Shown: positions 63,456 to 64,000 of the stretch, piece by piece
Position numbering within the stretch: the stretch's first letter is position 1
Layout: the number at the start of each line of letters is the position of its first letter
Origin: Xanthobacteraceae bacterium
GTDB taxonomy: Bacteria; Pseudomonadota; Alphaproteobacteria; Rhizobiales; Xanthobacteraceae
Length of the DNA: 64,000 nt
Assembly (NCBI GenBank): GCA_049522435.1
Contig: JBEKNW010000001.1
Span: 25,001-89,000, forward strand
Reading direction: 5' to 3'
Notes under the pieces: generated by a model
What the model saw: the letters and a program-made list of their open reading frames with translations, nothing else
Databases searched by the model: none
What the model was told of the DNA's origin: nothing
Position numbers and translations under genes: made by a program

Positions 63456-63908
63456 CCCACGACGATCTCGTCGATCATTGCTGCGGTGCACGGAACAAGC
63501 TCGTCGCCCAACCCTGGAAAATCATTTCTATCGGATTGCGCCAATGGGCGCACGGGTTCTAATCAATGGGACTTGGTATAAGCATAATCCGCTTCACTCG
63601 GCGTCTTACCTATTTTGATTCGGCTTTACAGAGGCCGCTCCTACGAGGCTCTACCTTTCCTCGACCGAATGCGGCCCGACGGGAAAATGATTGAGCTTGG
63701 GCGGTATGGCGATTTGCCCAAGGCATAATCAGCGCTGCTAAAAAACAAGCAGCAACATGCTGATACAATGAGCTCGGTTCTTCAGGCTCGTGATATTTCT
63801 GCAACCCTCCTACACAAATTGATATTTCCCCTCGCCGAACACCGCACGCCATTGCAATTTTCGTTGGACTGCATGACGTTAACCATCAGGCGGTCTGCAA
63901 GAAAACCG

Positions 63909-64000
63909 TTACGAACTGCTCGCCGCCTCTCCCGGAAGAGTCATCGGCACGCAGGTATCGGGAATCGGGCAGACTTTTGCGCACTGCGGGGTGTCGTACT
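63909..64000 (-). CDS. YfhL-like 4Fe-4S ferredoxin, C-terminal 29 codons only (gene enters from beyond the window)
   Basis: Hand translation of the reverse strand gives YDTPQCAKVCPIPDTCVPMTLPGEAASSS* with the stop at 63909-63911. YxTPxCxKVCPIP is the distal cluster motif of YfhL-type ferredoxins. Confidence 0.45.
   Translation of the reverse strand, partial: YDTPQCAKVCPIPDTCVPMTLPGEAASSS

Noticed and set aside
63456-63908. ORFs 63400..63618 (+) and 63610..63852 (-) in the AT-richer spacer at the right end
   Set aside because: They have no RBS, no recognisable motifs and odd composition. The first is merely the read-through of the puuD fragment.
1-64000. Whole-window look for tRNA/rRNA genes, IS elements, integrases, toxin-antitoxin pairs, and phage or defence genes
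   Set aside because: I found no GGTTCGAATCC-type T-arm in intergenic DNA, no rRNA-like stretches and no transposase, integrase or nuclease ORFs. Every ORF that I accepted is metabolic, transport-related, regulatory or unassigned (29325-31639).

Overview
High-GC (about two-thirds G+C by eye) chromosomal segment, probably from an alphaproteobacterium (Rhizobiales-like). That placement is inferred from gene content and one palindromic intergenic element; no searches were run. All calls come from motif recognition in the supplied ORF translations plus hand translation.

About 55 genes fall into five blocks:

1. 1-7253: partial HpaB/AbfD-family gene, gene debris, a Gfo/Idh/MocA oxidoreductase, an AraC regulator, and a four-ORF molybdenum hydroxylase. 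Its large subunit is split by one in-frame TAG.
2. 7547-25541: sugar-type ABC importer, a split PEP-synthase-like (PpsA/PpsB-type) phosphotransferase, a second Mo-hydroxylase (FAD subunit plus FeS-MoCo fusion), a cyclase-family hydrolase, a PEP-hydrolase-like TIM barrel, and a Liv-type ABC importer.
3. 25637-32893: lower-GC block with a ligand-substituted metallophosphoesterase homologue, a LysR regulator, an M24-fold enzyme, an FmdB zinc ribbon, two unassigned proteins and an MFS transporter.
4. 32962-43427: acyl-CoA/2-oxoacid module with SDR, PrpD-family protein, ABC-ATPase pseudogene, TetR with an extra C-terminal domain, E1 alpha, E1 beta, crotonase, an E2-like protein lacking the catalytic His motif, an acyl-CoA dehydrogenase and an acyl-CoA ligase.
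5. 43491-63303: large purine-catabolism island with fused OHCU decarboxylase/HIU hydrolase, puuE, an allantoate amidohydrolase-like gene, DUF3830, 8-oxoguanine deaminase-like gene, a PRTase, adenine/adenosine deaminase, a BMP-type nucleoside ABC importer, puuD, guaD and xdhCBA.

A partial ferredoxin gene sits at the right edge. I found no rRNA, tRNA, CRISPR array, transposase or integrase.

The best candidates for undescribed biology are the PpsAB-like/Mo-hydroxylase/cyclase/PEP-hydrolase-like operon (12180-20425) and the E1-crotonase-degenerate-E2 module with its TetR-fusion regulator (35570-43427). Other items worth a second look are the TAG-split MoCo subunit, the puuD fragment scar next to xdhA, a 15-nt tandem repeat upstream of the allantoate amidohydrolase gene, and the DUF3830 gene translationally coupled to it.
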